This document shows, one piece after another, positions 1 to 12,600 of a DNA stretch of 64,000 nucleotides. Numbering within the stretch: position 1 is the first letter of the stretch; each line of letters starts with the position of its first letter. The DNA lies in assembly GCA_905178155.1 (NCBI GenBank), contig CAJINV010000002.1, positions 9,489,087 to 9,553,086 of the forward strand. Direction: 5' to 3'. The stretch comes from Amoebophrya sp. A120 (lineage: Eukaryota; Protista; Dinoflagellata). Below the pieces are notes generated by a model that did no database searches, had not been told where the DNA came from, and worked only from the letters and a program-made list of their open reading frames with translations. A program made the translations under genes and the position numbers.

Positions 1-826
1 CTCGAGATGATTTCGTGTTCATTCGGAAGGGGGAATGTAGGTATGATCAAGAAACACGATGCAAATCGATCTTGACAACCAACCCGATATTGATATCGAT
101 TCAAGACCCGAAACCTCAAAATTGAAGTCACGATGTAAATCAAGATGAGTTGACGATGATTCAAAATGAGGTCTAACCGAAATCACGATGTAAGTTTGAT
201 GGTGACGATCAACGATTGTTGATCTGATTTTAGCGTATACTATGGCGATTCGAGACTGAATTTGAAGTACCCCAAAACTTGAATGTTTACCCGCAGGCTG
301 TACGTTAGTACCATTCAGATTGATTGCAACTTGAAACGCCTTCCAACAGGGCCTATTAACACCTTGAATCAAAGATGACCAGTGTTCAAATCGCCCGCGT
401 TTCTTGCGTTGTTGATTGTCTTCCGACATTTTGCAAATCAATATGAAGATCGACCGACCGCTCCATCGCTTGTGGCAGCAAAGAAAACTCAGATGCTTTT
501 CCTAAATTTCCAAAAGAACTTTTATTACTCTGATTGACACGGACACTCTTTATCATGTTTTCCTTTTCCATATGTATCGCCTTATCACAACATGTTGCAA
601 CAGACGAAAACCAGAGCTACGCATCAAAAAAACTCAACACGCAATGTCTTTGCTATGCTTCGCGGTTTTCGAAAATAAAGCCCACTCTTTATGTTTAGTG
701 TCTGAAAAGCATTTTTTTTCAGGCTCTGGCACCCCCTCGAGCTAGGAATTGCGTGTTCTCAAAATCATACAAGGTGTCCCCAGACCACCAGGATCAGAGG
801 CGATTCCAATTTTTTATGCAAAACAA

Positions 827-905
827 TGCTCGTTATCGGAAGCAGATCTTGCTGCGCGATGACAACAGTGCTCGCTATCGGAAGCAGATCTTGCTGCGCG
901 ATGAT
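827..905. repeat. 42-bp tandem duplication
   Basis: tgctcg(t/c)tatcggaagcagatcttgctgcgcgatga occurs twice, 42 bp apart. Confidence 0.85.
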
Positions 906-1024
906 CACGTTGAATATGCTTTGCGATTCCAAAGCGGTGCTTTTTGTCATGGATTCCACAGAAAAAAGCCAGAAGAGTCCGGATATAAGAAATGGAGTAA
1001 TACACTCAGAAGGAAGAAGGCCAG

Positions 1025-2010
1025 AACGGGCGGGCCAGAAGACCTGAGGACATATCTGCGACCGGGCGGACCAGAAGGCCCAGGCGGGCGGGCCAATTTT
1101 GGCCCCGCGGGCGGAGCTTCCTCCGGTGCTAGTGCAACTCAAAACTGAAACCGGGCGGACCAGATTGGCCAGGCGGGCGGGCCAATTTTGGCCCCGCGGG
1201 CGGAGCTTCCCCCGGTGCTAGCGCAACTCAAAACTGCGCCCGGGCGGACCAGAAGGCCCAGGCGGGCGGGCTAATTCTGGCCCCGCGGGCGGAGCTTCCC
1301 CCGGTGCTAGTGCAGCTCAAAACTGAAACCGGGCGGGCCAGATCGGCCGGGCGGGCGGGCCAATTTTTTTTGGCCCCGCGGGCGGAGTTCCCCTCGGTGC
1401 TAGTGCAGCTCAAAACTGAAACCGGGCGGACCAGATTGGCCAGGCGGGCGGGCCAATTTTGGCCCCGCGGGCGGACCTTCCCCCCGGTGCTAGCGCAGCC
1501 CAAAACTGCGCCCGGGCGGGCCAGAAGTCCAAGGCGGGCGGGCCAATTTTGGCCCCGCGGGCGGAGCTTCCCCCGGCGCTAATGCAGCTCAAAACTGAAA
1601 CCGGGCGGACCAGATTGGCCAGGCGGGCGGGCCAATTTTGGCCCCGCGGGCGGACCTTCCCCCCGGTGCTAGCGCAGCCCAAAACTGCGCCCGGGCGGGC
1701 CAGAAGTCCAAGGCGGGCGGGCCAATTTTGGCCCCGCGGGCGGAGCTTCCCCCGGCGCTAATGCAGCTCAAAACTGAAACCGGGCGGACCAGATTGGCCA
1801 GGCGGGCGGGCCAATTTTGGCCCCGCGGGCGGAGCGGCCCCCGGTGCTGGCGCAGCTCAAAACTACGCCCGGGCGGACCAGAAGGCCCAGGCGGGCGGGC
1901 CAATTTTGGCCCCGCGGGCGGAGCTTTCCCTGGTGCTGGTGCAACTCAAAACTGCGCCGGCCCGGGCGGACCAGAATGGCCAGGCGGGCGAGCCAATTTC
2001 GGTCCCGCGA
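1025..2010. repeat. GC-rich satellite, ~89-90-bp monomer in a 179-bp A/B dimer (~11 monomers)
   Basis: Unit ccgggcggaccaga..ggcc.aggcgggcgggccaattttggccccgcgggcgga.cttcccccggtgctag.gca.ctcaaaactg recurs at ~1062, 1151, 1239, 1329, 1422, 1512, 1601, 1691, 1780, 1869, 1962; alternating aactgaaa/aactgcgc variants. Confidence 0.95.
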
Positions 2011-2264
2011 ACAGCCCAGCCCACAGCGCTGCTGTGAGTAAAGTGCCTTGCTACACTGAGCGACCCCATACTTAAAACGCAGCGGCTCACTGGTTTCTGC
2101 CATGATCGCGCTCGCTAGGCGCCGCGCTGCGAAAACTCTAAAAAGACCGGAAGAAGTAAAGAAACAGAAACGCACCACTAGCCTAAATATAATTTTTCAT
2201 TTGCCATCCATAAGATAAGTGCGAAACAAGTCGATCAAGATAAAACCATGCTTGAATATATCCG

Positions 2265-4778
2265 TCAAAAGAGAAACTTTAGAAGTTTTGTCGACGACCT
2301 CCTACGTTGATTTGCCTCACGCGCGCTAATCTGCTTCATCGTATTCCCGTCTTCTACCTCGCTCTCCTCCACTGTGATATCCTCCAGAAACGCTCCGCCA
2401 CCCACGGTTGCACTCCCCTGCTGACTGAGTTCCTTCTGCGGCGAGCAGACCTTGACAAGCAGCTGCGACGTCTTTCGTGCGGCGGGAGCGAGCGTGCGTT
2501 TGTACAGCAACGGCACCAGCAAATCCCCCGTAAAGCTGACGACGAGAGTCAGAAAGGCGATAATGTATAGGCCGACCATGTGCCGCACCTGCATCTGCAT
2601 GCCGTTATCGCCGCCACCCGCGGTGGCAGCCGCGGTGGTGTCTGTCCCCTCGCTCCAGGCGTCTAGGTCAGGGACGGTCTTATCACGGTACCGCTCGTGC
2701 AAGTAGAAAAAATCGCCCTGGTCGTACAGCCGCGCGCTCAGGTAACTGTAGGAAAGGGCGATGTCCCGGCTGACCGGCGTCGCCACGCCCATGGGCAGAA
2801 CGGGCGGCCCCACGACAATGAGATCGTGATCGACCAGAAACTTCTGAAAATCTTCCCGCGCGCGCACGTCGTGCTCCGGCAGCAGCACCCCGTCGCAGCG
2901 CCGCAACACCATGCCTTGCATGGTCTGCTTGCTCCCGGGAAACACGAGCAGCGACAAGGCGGGATGCACCGCGTGCACGGCCTTCGCCACGTGCGTGGCC
3001 ACGCAGACCCGCCGGCAGGCGTCCTCCCCGTCGTAGATCGCCGGATCGCTCCTACCAGCCGCCGTGTTGTCCTCCACACTGTCCGCCAGCACTGACCCGG
3101 GCGCAAACCGGCCGCGCGCGTAGCACTTCGTGATATCGGTCACGCCGCAGTGCCGTGTGTGCTCGAGCATCAGGTTGGAGGCCAGATTCGCCGTGTAGGA
3201 GGTGATCGTGACGAAAATGATACAGGCAAGCAGGTACTTCACCGTACGCCCCTTGAACGTCGTGCACTTGTGGGGCACGTCCAAGTCCAACACCAGCAGC
3301 CCATAAAGCGACAGGTAGACGGAGGTGCAGAGTGCAAAAAATGCAGTCTTGCGCCGTTCCGCGCTGCACCTTTCATATCCAAAACAGAGACGACCGAGAA
3401 CCGTCTTCTCCGGGTCGTCGTGAGGAAGTTGCTTATATGCGTCGCTTGAAGGGCCGCCCGCACCTGGGGTTTGATTAGCAACCGACCCAGAGCTCTTATC
3501 CTGCGACGCCGTTCCGGCGTCGCTGCCGTTGCCGCGGACGTCGCAGTGGTGGTCCCGTCTCTCACTCTTGCTTTCCTCCTCAGCCCATATAATACTGCAT
3601 TTTTGTTCTTCTTGCGGAAGAGTTGGTGTACAAACATCGTTTTTGTCTGCACAGTTTTGATGATGTTGAAGGTCTGGCTCACTGTGCTCCTCGGAAACGC
3701 AGGCCGGACCCTCAACGAGCACGAGCAGAAGCCCACCCCCCACGCAGATGAAAAATGTTGCCAACCACAGCGTGGGTGAGAAGGGCGAGAACACGCCGAA
3801 CCATTGGGTCGGGTCCGACCAGAAGCTGCGCCTCTTGTACCGCCGCACGAGAAGGCGCTGGTCGCCGTTCAACAGAGGCTGTGTAAATGCGGTCATCGCG
3901 CGTCGGTTGTCCACCAACCAAGCCGCCGTGGGACACACGTCGATCACCCCCATCTGCACATCGTGAATGCACGCGTCCCAGGCCGATTTAAAGGTTTCCC
4001 GGGAAAACGCGGTCAGGCTGCTTCTAGATGTACTAGTTCCCGCACCGGTCGTGGACGCCGTTGCACGATTCGGCGCGAAGACCTGTGTCGTTCCTGCGTG
4101 CGTCACCTCCCGGAGCGAGAATCCGCCCTCGATCGAGATGGCGCGCAGATAATCCGCCATCAGTCCCGTCCAACGCCCCGTCGAGTCCCGCCAGTGCCAG
4201 GGCTTCGATTCGGCCGGAAACGCGAACCGCAGGGTGCGGCCCTGGAGCCCGGTGGAAACCACGGTTTGGTGGAACGCCATGCCAAATTGGAGGCTGCCAT
4301 CCGCAGTAAAGATTGAGTCGGTCTTCACGACAGCTGCAGAGGTAAATGACCCATCGTTTATCTCAGGAGAGGCCGCCGCGGCTAAGCAGGTGTCGTACGA
4401 GTAAACTCGGCCCTTGAAGTACTCACTCGGGTAGCGGCTTACGCCTCGACAGGCGTCCGCATCGACGTAGCACCACGGCTGCGCGCACGAAGCCGCCACG
4501 GAAGACGTGGTGTGGTCACTCGTACCAGGCAACCCAGTGCCGGAGGTGGTGCTGCTCGTACGGCAGTAGGGAGGCAGCTCCGCGTCCCAGGCGGTTCCAC
4601 ATTTTGCGCCGTAGGCCTGCGGATACTTAAAGACACCCAGTGCCGTTGGCGCGAGCAGAAAGGTCCCCAGCAGATAACTGCCGCCCTCAAACAAACCTGA
4701 ATTTGTGCCAGCTTCGGTCGTGGTAAGAACCTGAGTGAATCGCCCACCGACGCAAGGGCATAGGCTGGTGCCATTCAT
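2265..4778 (-). CDS. Ionotropic glutamate receptor-like ligand-gated channel with N-terminal Cys-rich module
   Basis: 837-aa ORF: PBP-like S1 (RRAMTAFTQPLL), M1 (FSPFSPTLWLAT), M3 TSYTANLASNL (cf. SYTANLAAFL), S2, C-terminal M4; N-terminal CAQPWCYVD..YSYDTC module. The start may lie further upstream. Confidence 0.85.
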   Translation of the reverse strand: MNGTSLCPCVGGRFTQVLTTTEAGTNSGLFEGGSYLLGTFLLAPTALGVFKYPQAYGAKCGTAWDAELPPYCRTSSTTSGTGLPGTSDHTTSSVAASCAQPWCYVDADACRGVSRYPSEYFKGRVYSYDTCLAAAASPEINDGSFTSAAVVKTDSIFTADGSLQFGMAFHQTVVSTGLQGRTLRFAFPAESKPWHWRDSTGRWTGLMADYLRAISIEGGFSLREVTHAGTTQVFAPNRATASTTGAGTSTSRSSLTAFSRETFKSAWDACIHDVQMGVIDVCPTAAWLVDNRRAMTAFTQPLLNGDQRLLVRRYKRRSFWSDPTQWFGVFSPFSPTLWLATFFICVGGGLLLVLVEGPACVSEEHSEPDLQHHQNCADKNDVCTPTLPQEEQKCSIIWAEEESKSERRDHHCDVRGNGSDAGTASQDKSSGSVANQTPGAGGPSSDAYKQLPHDDPEKTVLGRLCFGYERCSAERRKTAFFALCTSVYLSLYGLLVLDLDVPHKCTTFKGRTVKYLLACIIFVTITSYTANLASNLMLEHTRHCGVTDITKCYARGRFAPGSVLADSVEDNTAAGRSDPAIYDGEDACRRVCVATHVAKAVHAVHPALSLLVFPGSKQTMQGMVLRRCDGVLLPEHDVRAREDFQKFLVDHDLIVVGPPVLPMGVATPVSRDIALSYSYLSARLYDQGDFFYLHERYRDKTVPDLDAWSEGTDTTAAATAGGGDNGMQMQVRHMVGLYIIAFLTLVVSFTGDLLVPLLYKRTLAPAARKTSQLLVKVCSPQKELSQQGSATVGGGAFLEDITVEESEVEDGNTMKQISAREANQRRRSSTKLLKFLF

Positions 4779-5770
4779 TGCACAAGAATGAATTTGTTTC
4801 AGCGGCCCGAAGTAGTACGTAGGACCTCAAATGACAGAAGTATCGTGCTATACACACGATGCTGCGACAAAAACTACGACGCAGTAGTAGTACTACAGTC
4901 TTGATCTGACCTCTTGTTGTTGACGTACGTTCATAGGACTTTCTTCAAAGCTGCTCTCTTCGGCAAGTACGACTCCGTATGTTTTCCCACTCAGAACCAG
5001 CAGCCTATGTCTCTTGGACCTCTCTAGATTTGGAATAGTACTAACACGAACGGCAGCTGCAAAAGCAAAGATGCGGAAGCTTTTAGAAAGGACAGAACGA
5101 TGTGGACCTCCTATACAACACAAATAGTTCAACGCAAACGAACCGTGCGGACCACGTCTGTGAAAGTTTCTTGATGTTTTCCATGTGTAGATGCAGGCGG
5201 TTTGGTCATGTTCATGCGTGTTCATCCTCGGGGGAGCATGCAACTCTGACTAGACTCAGTGCAGAGTTCGAGCATGCAATGCCATCGAGGTTTCCTATGG
5301 GTGACGAGCGTTAGCAAGACCTCCTGAGACCCAGCTTTCTACAAACAAGGTCCAAGAAATATTTCTTGTTGTGAAGATAAATCGAAAATTGCATAGGTTT
5401 CTTTTATAATCGAGCTTTATTCTCTATCTCCGAGAAAGGCCTTTCCTTTTACCTGGGGAGACTCACGAGAGCTATTAAGAACTTTTGGGTTGCGAAGAAA
5501 GAAATCACACTACACTATACGGGTAACTCTGAGCATGTAAAAATGATTTGACAGAAATGACAATGTATCGGAAAAGAACATAGGTCGAACTTCGGGTGTC
5601 ATGTGCCAAGAAAATACCGTCCTGCCACACGTCCAATGCGCAGGACTTGCTAGCGCGAAAAAGACTCTTTTCCGCAAGAGCAACATAGCACAAAGAAAAA
5701 TCACTGTCACAAGGTCTACTTCTGCCATCGACTGAAAGCGAAGTCAAAATCGATAGGACCCGCAGCCCAT

Positions 5771-6660
5771 TCACTGCCCCGGCTCTTTCCCCGTACAGAG
5801 GCGGTACACGAGGTCGCCGACTGTTCCCCCGTCTTGCTGCATCAGACTGGTGCCCACGAGGAAGCAGTCGATGAGCCCGCAGTCCGCTTTGGTCTGTACC
5901 ATCTCGGAGTGTGCCTTGATCCCACTGAAAGAGACCAGCTTCACGTCGACCTGCCCGTATTTCCCGGCCTGTTTTGTCTGTCCCAGGAAGGATCCCACCT
6001 TGGAGGTGGTCTTTAGATCGATTTGGAAGGTTTTCAAGTTCCGGTTGTTGACGCCAATGACGATTTTTTTCTGCTTCGCCTTTTCGCACGCCTCCAGCGC
6101 AAGTTGCATTTCCGCGACGTTGTTCACTTCCAGAATCGGCTCTACCTTGTACTTTTCCACCGCTAGCTTGATCATCTCCGCGAGCGGCTTCTCGAAAAAC
6201 CCGTTTTCGGCTGTGACGCCGTCAGCCGCAACCGCGAGGCTGACAATGAGCAAAACCGCGTCCGCGTTGTTTTCCCTCGCGCGGGCCAGCGAGCGCTCGG
6301 TCAGAAAGAAGTCCTTCATGAGCACCGGCGGACGGGATTGCGGCGAAGTTGTAGCTTCTTTCTGTTTGGTACGTGCAGCGAGGTCGCCTAACGTTTGCTG
6401 CGCTTCCTGGGAGTACTTTTCTGCCCCGTTGAAGAAGCAGGGCTCGGTGAGGATTGAGACCGCGGGAAAGAAGTCAAACGAGTTGTTTGGCAAGCCCTCA
6501 CAGTACCTCCGCAAGAACCTGCTCACAGTCGTGCATCCGTCCTGGCGATCGTAGTGACCGATTTTCACGGACGGGGTTTGCAACTTCACTTCCGGAATGA
6601 CGAAGAAGCTGCTGTCAGGTTTCTTACGGCTGTCGATTCGAGAAAAGATCGATGCGACGT
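5771..6660 (-). CDS. trpC: Indole-3-glycerol-phosphate synthase domain (C-terminus of fusion; bounds approximate)
   Basis: VIPEVKLQTPS, SILTEPCFFNG, PVLMKDFF, ADAVLLIV, PILEV, GVNNRNLKTF, FLVGTSLM. Confidence 0.9.
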
Positions 6661-9600
6661 TTACTTCTTGTTGGCGCGAGGATAAATTTTCCTTAGTGCC
6701 GGAAGGAGCTGTCAACGATGGGTCTTTTGTTTTCTGCATGGAGATATTGACAGACGCATCAGAGATTTTATTTTCTATCTGATTCACGACCCCGAACGCT
6801 CTTTGCTCCACCTCGTCCCGAATGAGTGTGTATTTGCAGATGCGGTCGACCAGACCCGCGTCCTTGTGCTTCGCGCTGTGAGTCCCGACGAAGTTCGTGG
6901 CCCAGATGAATTTGTGCAGCAAAAAAAGCGGGTTTCCGTCTTGATCCTCCGGCTCCGTGGCCGGTCGGGGCTGCAGCAACGAGAGGCACTTTTCCGTGCA
7001 GGCCTTCAGCCAGGCTCTGGATTGGGCAGGCGAAAACGCCTGCAGTACGTGGGGGGCTCGGTCCAAAAACAAAACCAACGCCGCGTTCATGGCGGTAAAG
7101 TTGCGCAAGTTCTCGAAATGCTTCTTCTTCTTTTCCAGCAGTTTCGCCTCCCGCCGAAACAGCGTCAGCATATTGATCGCGTTTTCTCTTTTCTCGTTCA
7201 CAGCATTTTGGTCTACTGCGGTTGTACCAGCCGCAGTTGTTCCTCCAGCTCTCGGCTGTATTAAACCGGTCAGCGAGTACACTTCTTCCGCTGTGCTCCC
7301 CTTAACACCAAAGTCTTCGCAAGTGAGAGTCATCGGCTGTGGCAACCGCTTCTCCCCCTCGTCTTCCCGCGGGAACACCACCTGGACCGTTTGCTTCACG
7401 CCCGCTACCGGTGTGGCTTTGTCCACCCCGTCGGTCGTGTGGATGACTATGAGCTTTTTCGGCAGAGTGGTCGAGCTGTGCTGTGCCCCCTTGGAAAACA
7501 CGAGCGCGTAGGCCCGGGCGACCAAGCTGCTGTGCGCGCCCAACACGGACACCTCCAACTCGCAGGGGTTTACGATCGGGCCGAGGTAGTTGAACAGGGT
7601 CGGCGACTTCCTCCGCGCCGTTTTGGCGGCTCGCAGCTTGGAGTACTTCGCGCGCAGCGGTCCGAACTTCTTCAGGATCGGAAAGAACTGGCGGGCAAAC
7701 ACGAAGGAGAAGTTTTCCGTCTCGTGCAGCACTTTGTCCACGTTCTCGAAACTGTCGATCGCGGTCAAGTGGGCGCCCAGACTCTCCAGCAGGTCCGCCG
7801 CCCCGCTGCCCGCAGCCGTGGACGCTACGTTACCGTACTTCAGCATTTTGATCCCGAGGGAATCTTTACGGTCGAAGGCGGCGGCGGCGAGAATGCAGGC
7901 GGGCGTGGAGATGTTGTGCGGATTCAGGAGATCTCCCCCCGTCCCGACGATGCACCCCATGACGAAATCGCGATTCATGTTCTTCGTTTTGTCAAACTTG
8001 TAGTTGCTCTTCGCCACCTTTTTCGCTTCTTGCAGCAGAATCTCCCGGCAAACAAAGAGCAGGTCCGCGAGCTTCTGGGCGTACTGCTCAGTCTCCTCCG
8101 CCGTCCGAACTTCCTCGTATTCCACGAACGTTTTGGAAAATTTTGTGAAGAAGGAAAAGATTTTCGCCTCCACGAGCGGATTTTCCGCGATCAGCTGCGG
8201 GTCCGAGTGAATCAGAAACGTTTCCGCGGCCTTGTAGAGCTGGTCAGTTGTGATTTCTCTTGTTTCAGCTTCTTCACCTAAATGAGCAAACTCATTCCCG
8301 GTTGCAGGAGTTCTTCCAGACGTGCAACTGATGAACTGCTCCATCAAGTCTATCGCGTCCACCAGTTCAAGCATGTGGGTTTGTTTGCTGATGGTTTGCT
8401 GGTCCTTGTCTCCGCGACCGGACAGATTGATGATCAGGTGCTGACTGCTGTCCATACTTGCTGCCTTCTTCATCGCGCCGGCCACCGCGTGCGCGGTTTC
8501 CAGCGCGCACAGGATCCCCTCGGTTTTCGCGAGTTTCTGGTAGGCCCGCAAGGCTTCCAAATCCGAGATCGACATGTAGTTCGCGCGGCCGGTGACGGAC
8601 AAGAAGCTGTGGATCGGCGACACGCCGGTGTAGTCCAGCCCGGCGGACACGGAGTGCGAGCTCCCGGACTGTCCCCCGTTGGTCTGCAGCATCAGGTTCG
8701 TCGAGCCGTGGAGGATCCCGACCGTGCCGTCGGGGCCGGAAATGGACGCGGAGTGGACTACTTTGTTGTCGTCGAGAAATTCGTTGTTCTCCTCCAGAAA
8801 CCCGCCGGCTTCCACGCCGAGCAACTCGACCCCCTCGTCCCCGACGAACGCGTCGAACATGCCGATGCAGTTGCTGCCCCCGCCGACGCAGCCGACCACG
8901 CAGTTGGGGAGCTTCTTCTCGCTGTCGAAGAACTGCTTCCGCGCCTCCCGCCCGATGCAGGCCTGGGCCTCCCGCACGATGTAGGGGAAGGGGGCGGGGC
9001 CGATGCAGGAGCCGATCACGTAATGCGTGGACTCAATGTTCGACGCCCAGTCCCGCATCGTTTGGTTGACCGCGTTCCGCAGGGTTTTCGACCCGATCTC
9101 CACGGGGACCACCTTCGCGCCCATGGACTCGATCTATGACAGTGCACAACCCCCCCTCCCCCTTATTTGTAATGCAAAATCCCAAATCCAGCTTGAGCTG
9201 CTGCTTCGTAGCGCTGTTTGCATGACAAATCCTGGAAGCCCAAACAGCACTACACTACAGTCCAAATTTGTCATGCTTAACAGACATTCTTGCTCATGCT
9301 TGTATTGCTGTCCATGCCATACAAATGCGGGGGAGGGGGAGTTGTGCACTGTCATACGATCCGCTGCACATTCAGCTGTTGCCGCCGCGCGTCCTTGCCG
9401 CCCATGTAGATCGTGCAGGGCAGGTTCATATGGATTGCAAAAATGTCTGGGTCTGGAAGGTTGGAACTTGTGATGCTACCTTTGGACTCTAAAAAATTCT
9501 ATATTGCATGACCAGCAAGAGGAGTCCGGTTTGTGCTACGCGTGGAGGGCATTTGTCATGCGGAAGAGGCATCAGGAAGGCCTCTGAAAATCTGTGATGC

Positions 9601-12600
9601 TAGGGCTTCCATGACAGACATTCCGTGTCATGCAAAAACAGCATAACAAATTTCGGATTCTTCCAGACCCCGACATTTTTACATTTGATAGTTCAGGTAC
9701 GCGCAGCACACCGCGGTGGCCACGCCGTGCTGCCCCGCGCCGGTCTCCGCGATGATCCGGGTCTTGCCCATGCGCTTGGCCAGAATCGTCTGGAAGATCG
9801 CGTTGTTGATCTTGTGCGCGCCGGTGTGCAGCAGGTCCTCGCGCTTCAGCCAGATCGTCGCGCCGTTGAGGCGGGCCTTGTCACTATCCCTGCCGGACCG
9901 CTGCACCAAGTGGCGGACAAACTTGGTCAGGTTTTCCGCCCTGTACAGGCCCGTCGGCCGCGCGGCGATCTTCTGGTAGAGAAAATCGATCTCCTTCCAG
10001 AACGAGGGCTGACTATACACCTTCACGAACTCCCTCTGCAGCTGCTCGCACGCCCGGCGAATCAGCTGCGAAACCCAGGCGCCGCCGAAGAACCCGTAGA
10101 ACATGGGGATCCTCTGTGGTTTGCAAATGCGGGTCAAGGCCCGGATGCGGAGTTGCGACTTCAAGTGTTTCTTGTGTTGCTCAATCGGTTCCGCAATTTC
10201 GTACGCTTTCAGCGAGACGCTGTACGTGTCGATACTAGCAGCTGTCGTGGCTGCATTTGGACTCTGTCTCTGAGTGAAGCACTGCTCCGCGCCGGACGCG
10301 ACGTCGAACGCGAGACTGCAGCCTGTCGCAGCCATGAATTCCCTCACGTCGCTGTTTTCTAACAATCCCTCCCTTAAACCATTCAGATTCTCCGGACACA
10401 GCCCGCCGGCCACGAAGAGTTGCTTCTGCGGGACAACACGACGCGCTTCCACTCCTGTTGCCCCGGTGGTGGACGAAACCAGCTTTTTGCAGAACTGAGG
10501 CACCACACTGGCCGCTTCCCACGTGAGTCCGTTGCCCCCAAGCGAGCTTCCCTTCTTGCAGTCGAGCAGCAGACCGGTAATAACTTTATTCGAGGGAAGC
10601 AGCAGCTTGGAGCAGCTCTCGACCGTGGTGGCTTGCAGAATGGTTTCCGTGCTATCGAACGCGAAAGCGATAAGAAACTTGCGCGAAGATGTTCCCACTC
10701 CCTGCTGTGCGAGCTGTTGTAAAAAGGCAGCGTCCTGGAAAACCTCCGCCACACACTTCACCATCTCCGTCGTTCCGCCGCAGTGCAACTGGATCACGTC
10801 GGGAGGGAGTTTCAAGACTGCAAGCTTCGACACTTGCTTCAGGATTTCTTCCTTCACCGCGTTGAAAATAGTTTTTTTACCACCAGAGATCACGACAGCC
10901 GCTCCACTCGGCTCCGGCACGACCAACAGCGCCACCGACTTGGGGTTATAGCTGTGGTAGTTGCAGTTTTGGATCAAACTGAACATGTCCGCAATTTTGT
11001 TCAGAGACTCCTGCTCGCCATCGTTCCCAAACGCGTTGTCGTGGCCATACACGTAGCGTGGGGACTTCTCGTAGAAGTTGAACCCGAAAAAATCCACGCC
11101 GTCCGAGAGGGACGCGATAACTTCCTCCCGGTTCGTGTAGCCGCACACCTTCAACGGGGTGATCGTTTGCTCCGGAGGTTTATTTGCGCTCGTCAGTTGT
11201 CTGTTTCTACTACTTCGCTGGTGGCTGGATGGGTGTACTACCGGGACCATGTTTTTCTTGTTGTCAGTAAAAGCCGATTTGCACTTTGCGGCGTCAAAAT
11301 TTTCGTACAGGTTCTTCACCATTTCACTGTATTCCTTATCCGTAGCCACGCCTGACTCCCCGAGCGCGATCGCCTTTCGCAAGTACTGCGTCCCGATCAC
11401 CGCGGCGTTCGGAATCTTCTCGTACGCCGCTCGACACAGGTTCACATCCGACCCGTTTGTGATGCCGAAGCCCATCAAGAGGAAAAATCCGTGCTGCTGA
11501 AGCGTTTTCAAGTGGTTTTGGTAACGCGTCTTCACGATTTTGTCCTCGATCTCGAACTTGTTCTTCGCGCTTTTCGTTGGCATCGTGGACGTAGTGGCAC
11601 CTGAAAGAGAGATTTTCGTTTTAATAAATGTCGATGTGGCAGCACCTACTTAACTATACGATTCAAAAAAATTAGTAGACCGCTTGTTGTTCGGTGACGG
11701 TGACCCTTGCTGGCGCTTGCGATGAGAACCTCCTGGAACTACGCTGCATCACATTCAAAAGAAGACCGTCGTGAAAATCATTCTCAATGACCAGAACTAA
11801 AATTATCTACGTCATTTTTCAAAACAAAACCTGTAAATGAGCAGTACCTGTGACCCCCATGTAGGTTGTCGCGTAGATGATTGGCCTTTTCAGAACGGGG
11901 TCCGCTTGTTCCACTCCTGCACCTTCTGCACCCACAGTGCCTTGCAGTTCCACCATTTCGCACAACTCTTGCACCACGTGCTCCTCGACGTTTTCGGAGA
12001 GAACCGGGATTAAGGACAAGCCTGCCTTCCGAAACACGTTGTTCAGGTTTCCGACGTGCAAACAATCCGCCGTCATGTCCACCACGATCACGTGACGGAT
12101 GCCGAGCTGGACTGCCCGCGTGCCCCACTGGTCCCGAAATTCGAACTCCCCGGACACCGGCGACACCTGGAAGAAGGTGTTCAAGTACCCCATCAAAATG
12201 ACCGGGAGGGAGAAGTTCCGCGTCTTTTGCGCCTCCTCGATCAAGTCCAACACCGCGTGGATGCTGTGGATTCGCTGCTCCTGCAAACACACCCGGTAGC
12301 ACTCCTCGATGACCGGGCCGTCCGCGAAGGGGTCGGAAAACGGCACGCCGACCTCGATCGCATCCACCTTCTTCGAGTTTTGGATGCCGACCAAGCTGTT
12401 GATAAACTGCTCCTTGTTCGGATACCCAGCGCACGTGAAAACGAAATTGCAGAAGTCGTTGCTTTCCAGTTTCCGGAAGTACGACGGCGTGGCGGCGTGG
12501 GAGCGGGACTGCGGATGATTATCCAGCTTCCGGCGCTTCTTCAAGTTGATAGCGTCAATACTATTTTCATCCAAGTCACCTGTTCTTGCAAGAAGTTCGA

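Noticed and set aside
19-441. 140-aa ORF in a TCGA/GATC-rich segment
   Set aside because: No motif or coding-like bias; looks like low-complexity non-coding DNA
1025-2010. CRISPR-like repeat/spacer array or Pro/Gly/Arg-rich ORFs
   Set aside because: Inter-repeat segments are themselves repeated (no unique spacers), no cas genes, eukaryotic context; the ORFs are satellite artefacts
7391-9139. Long plus-strand ORFs (also 12056-13000, 29177-30106, 53898-54791)
   Set aside because: Antisense shadows of GC3-rich minus-strand coding sequence with no motifs
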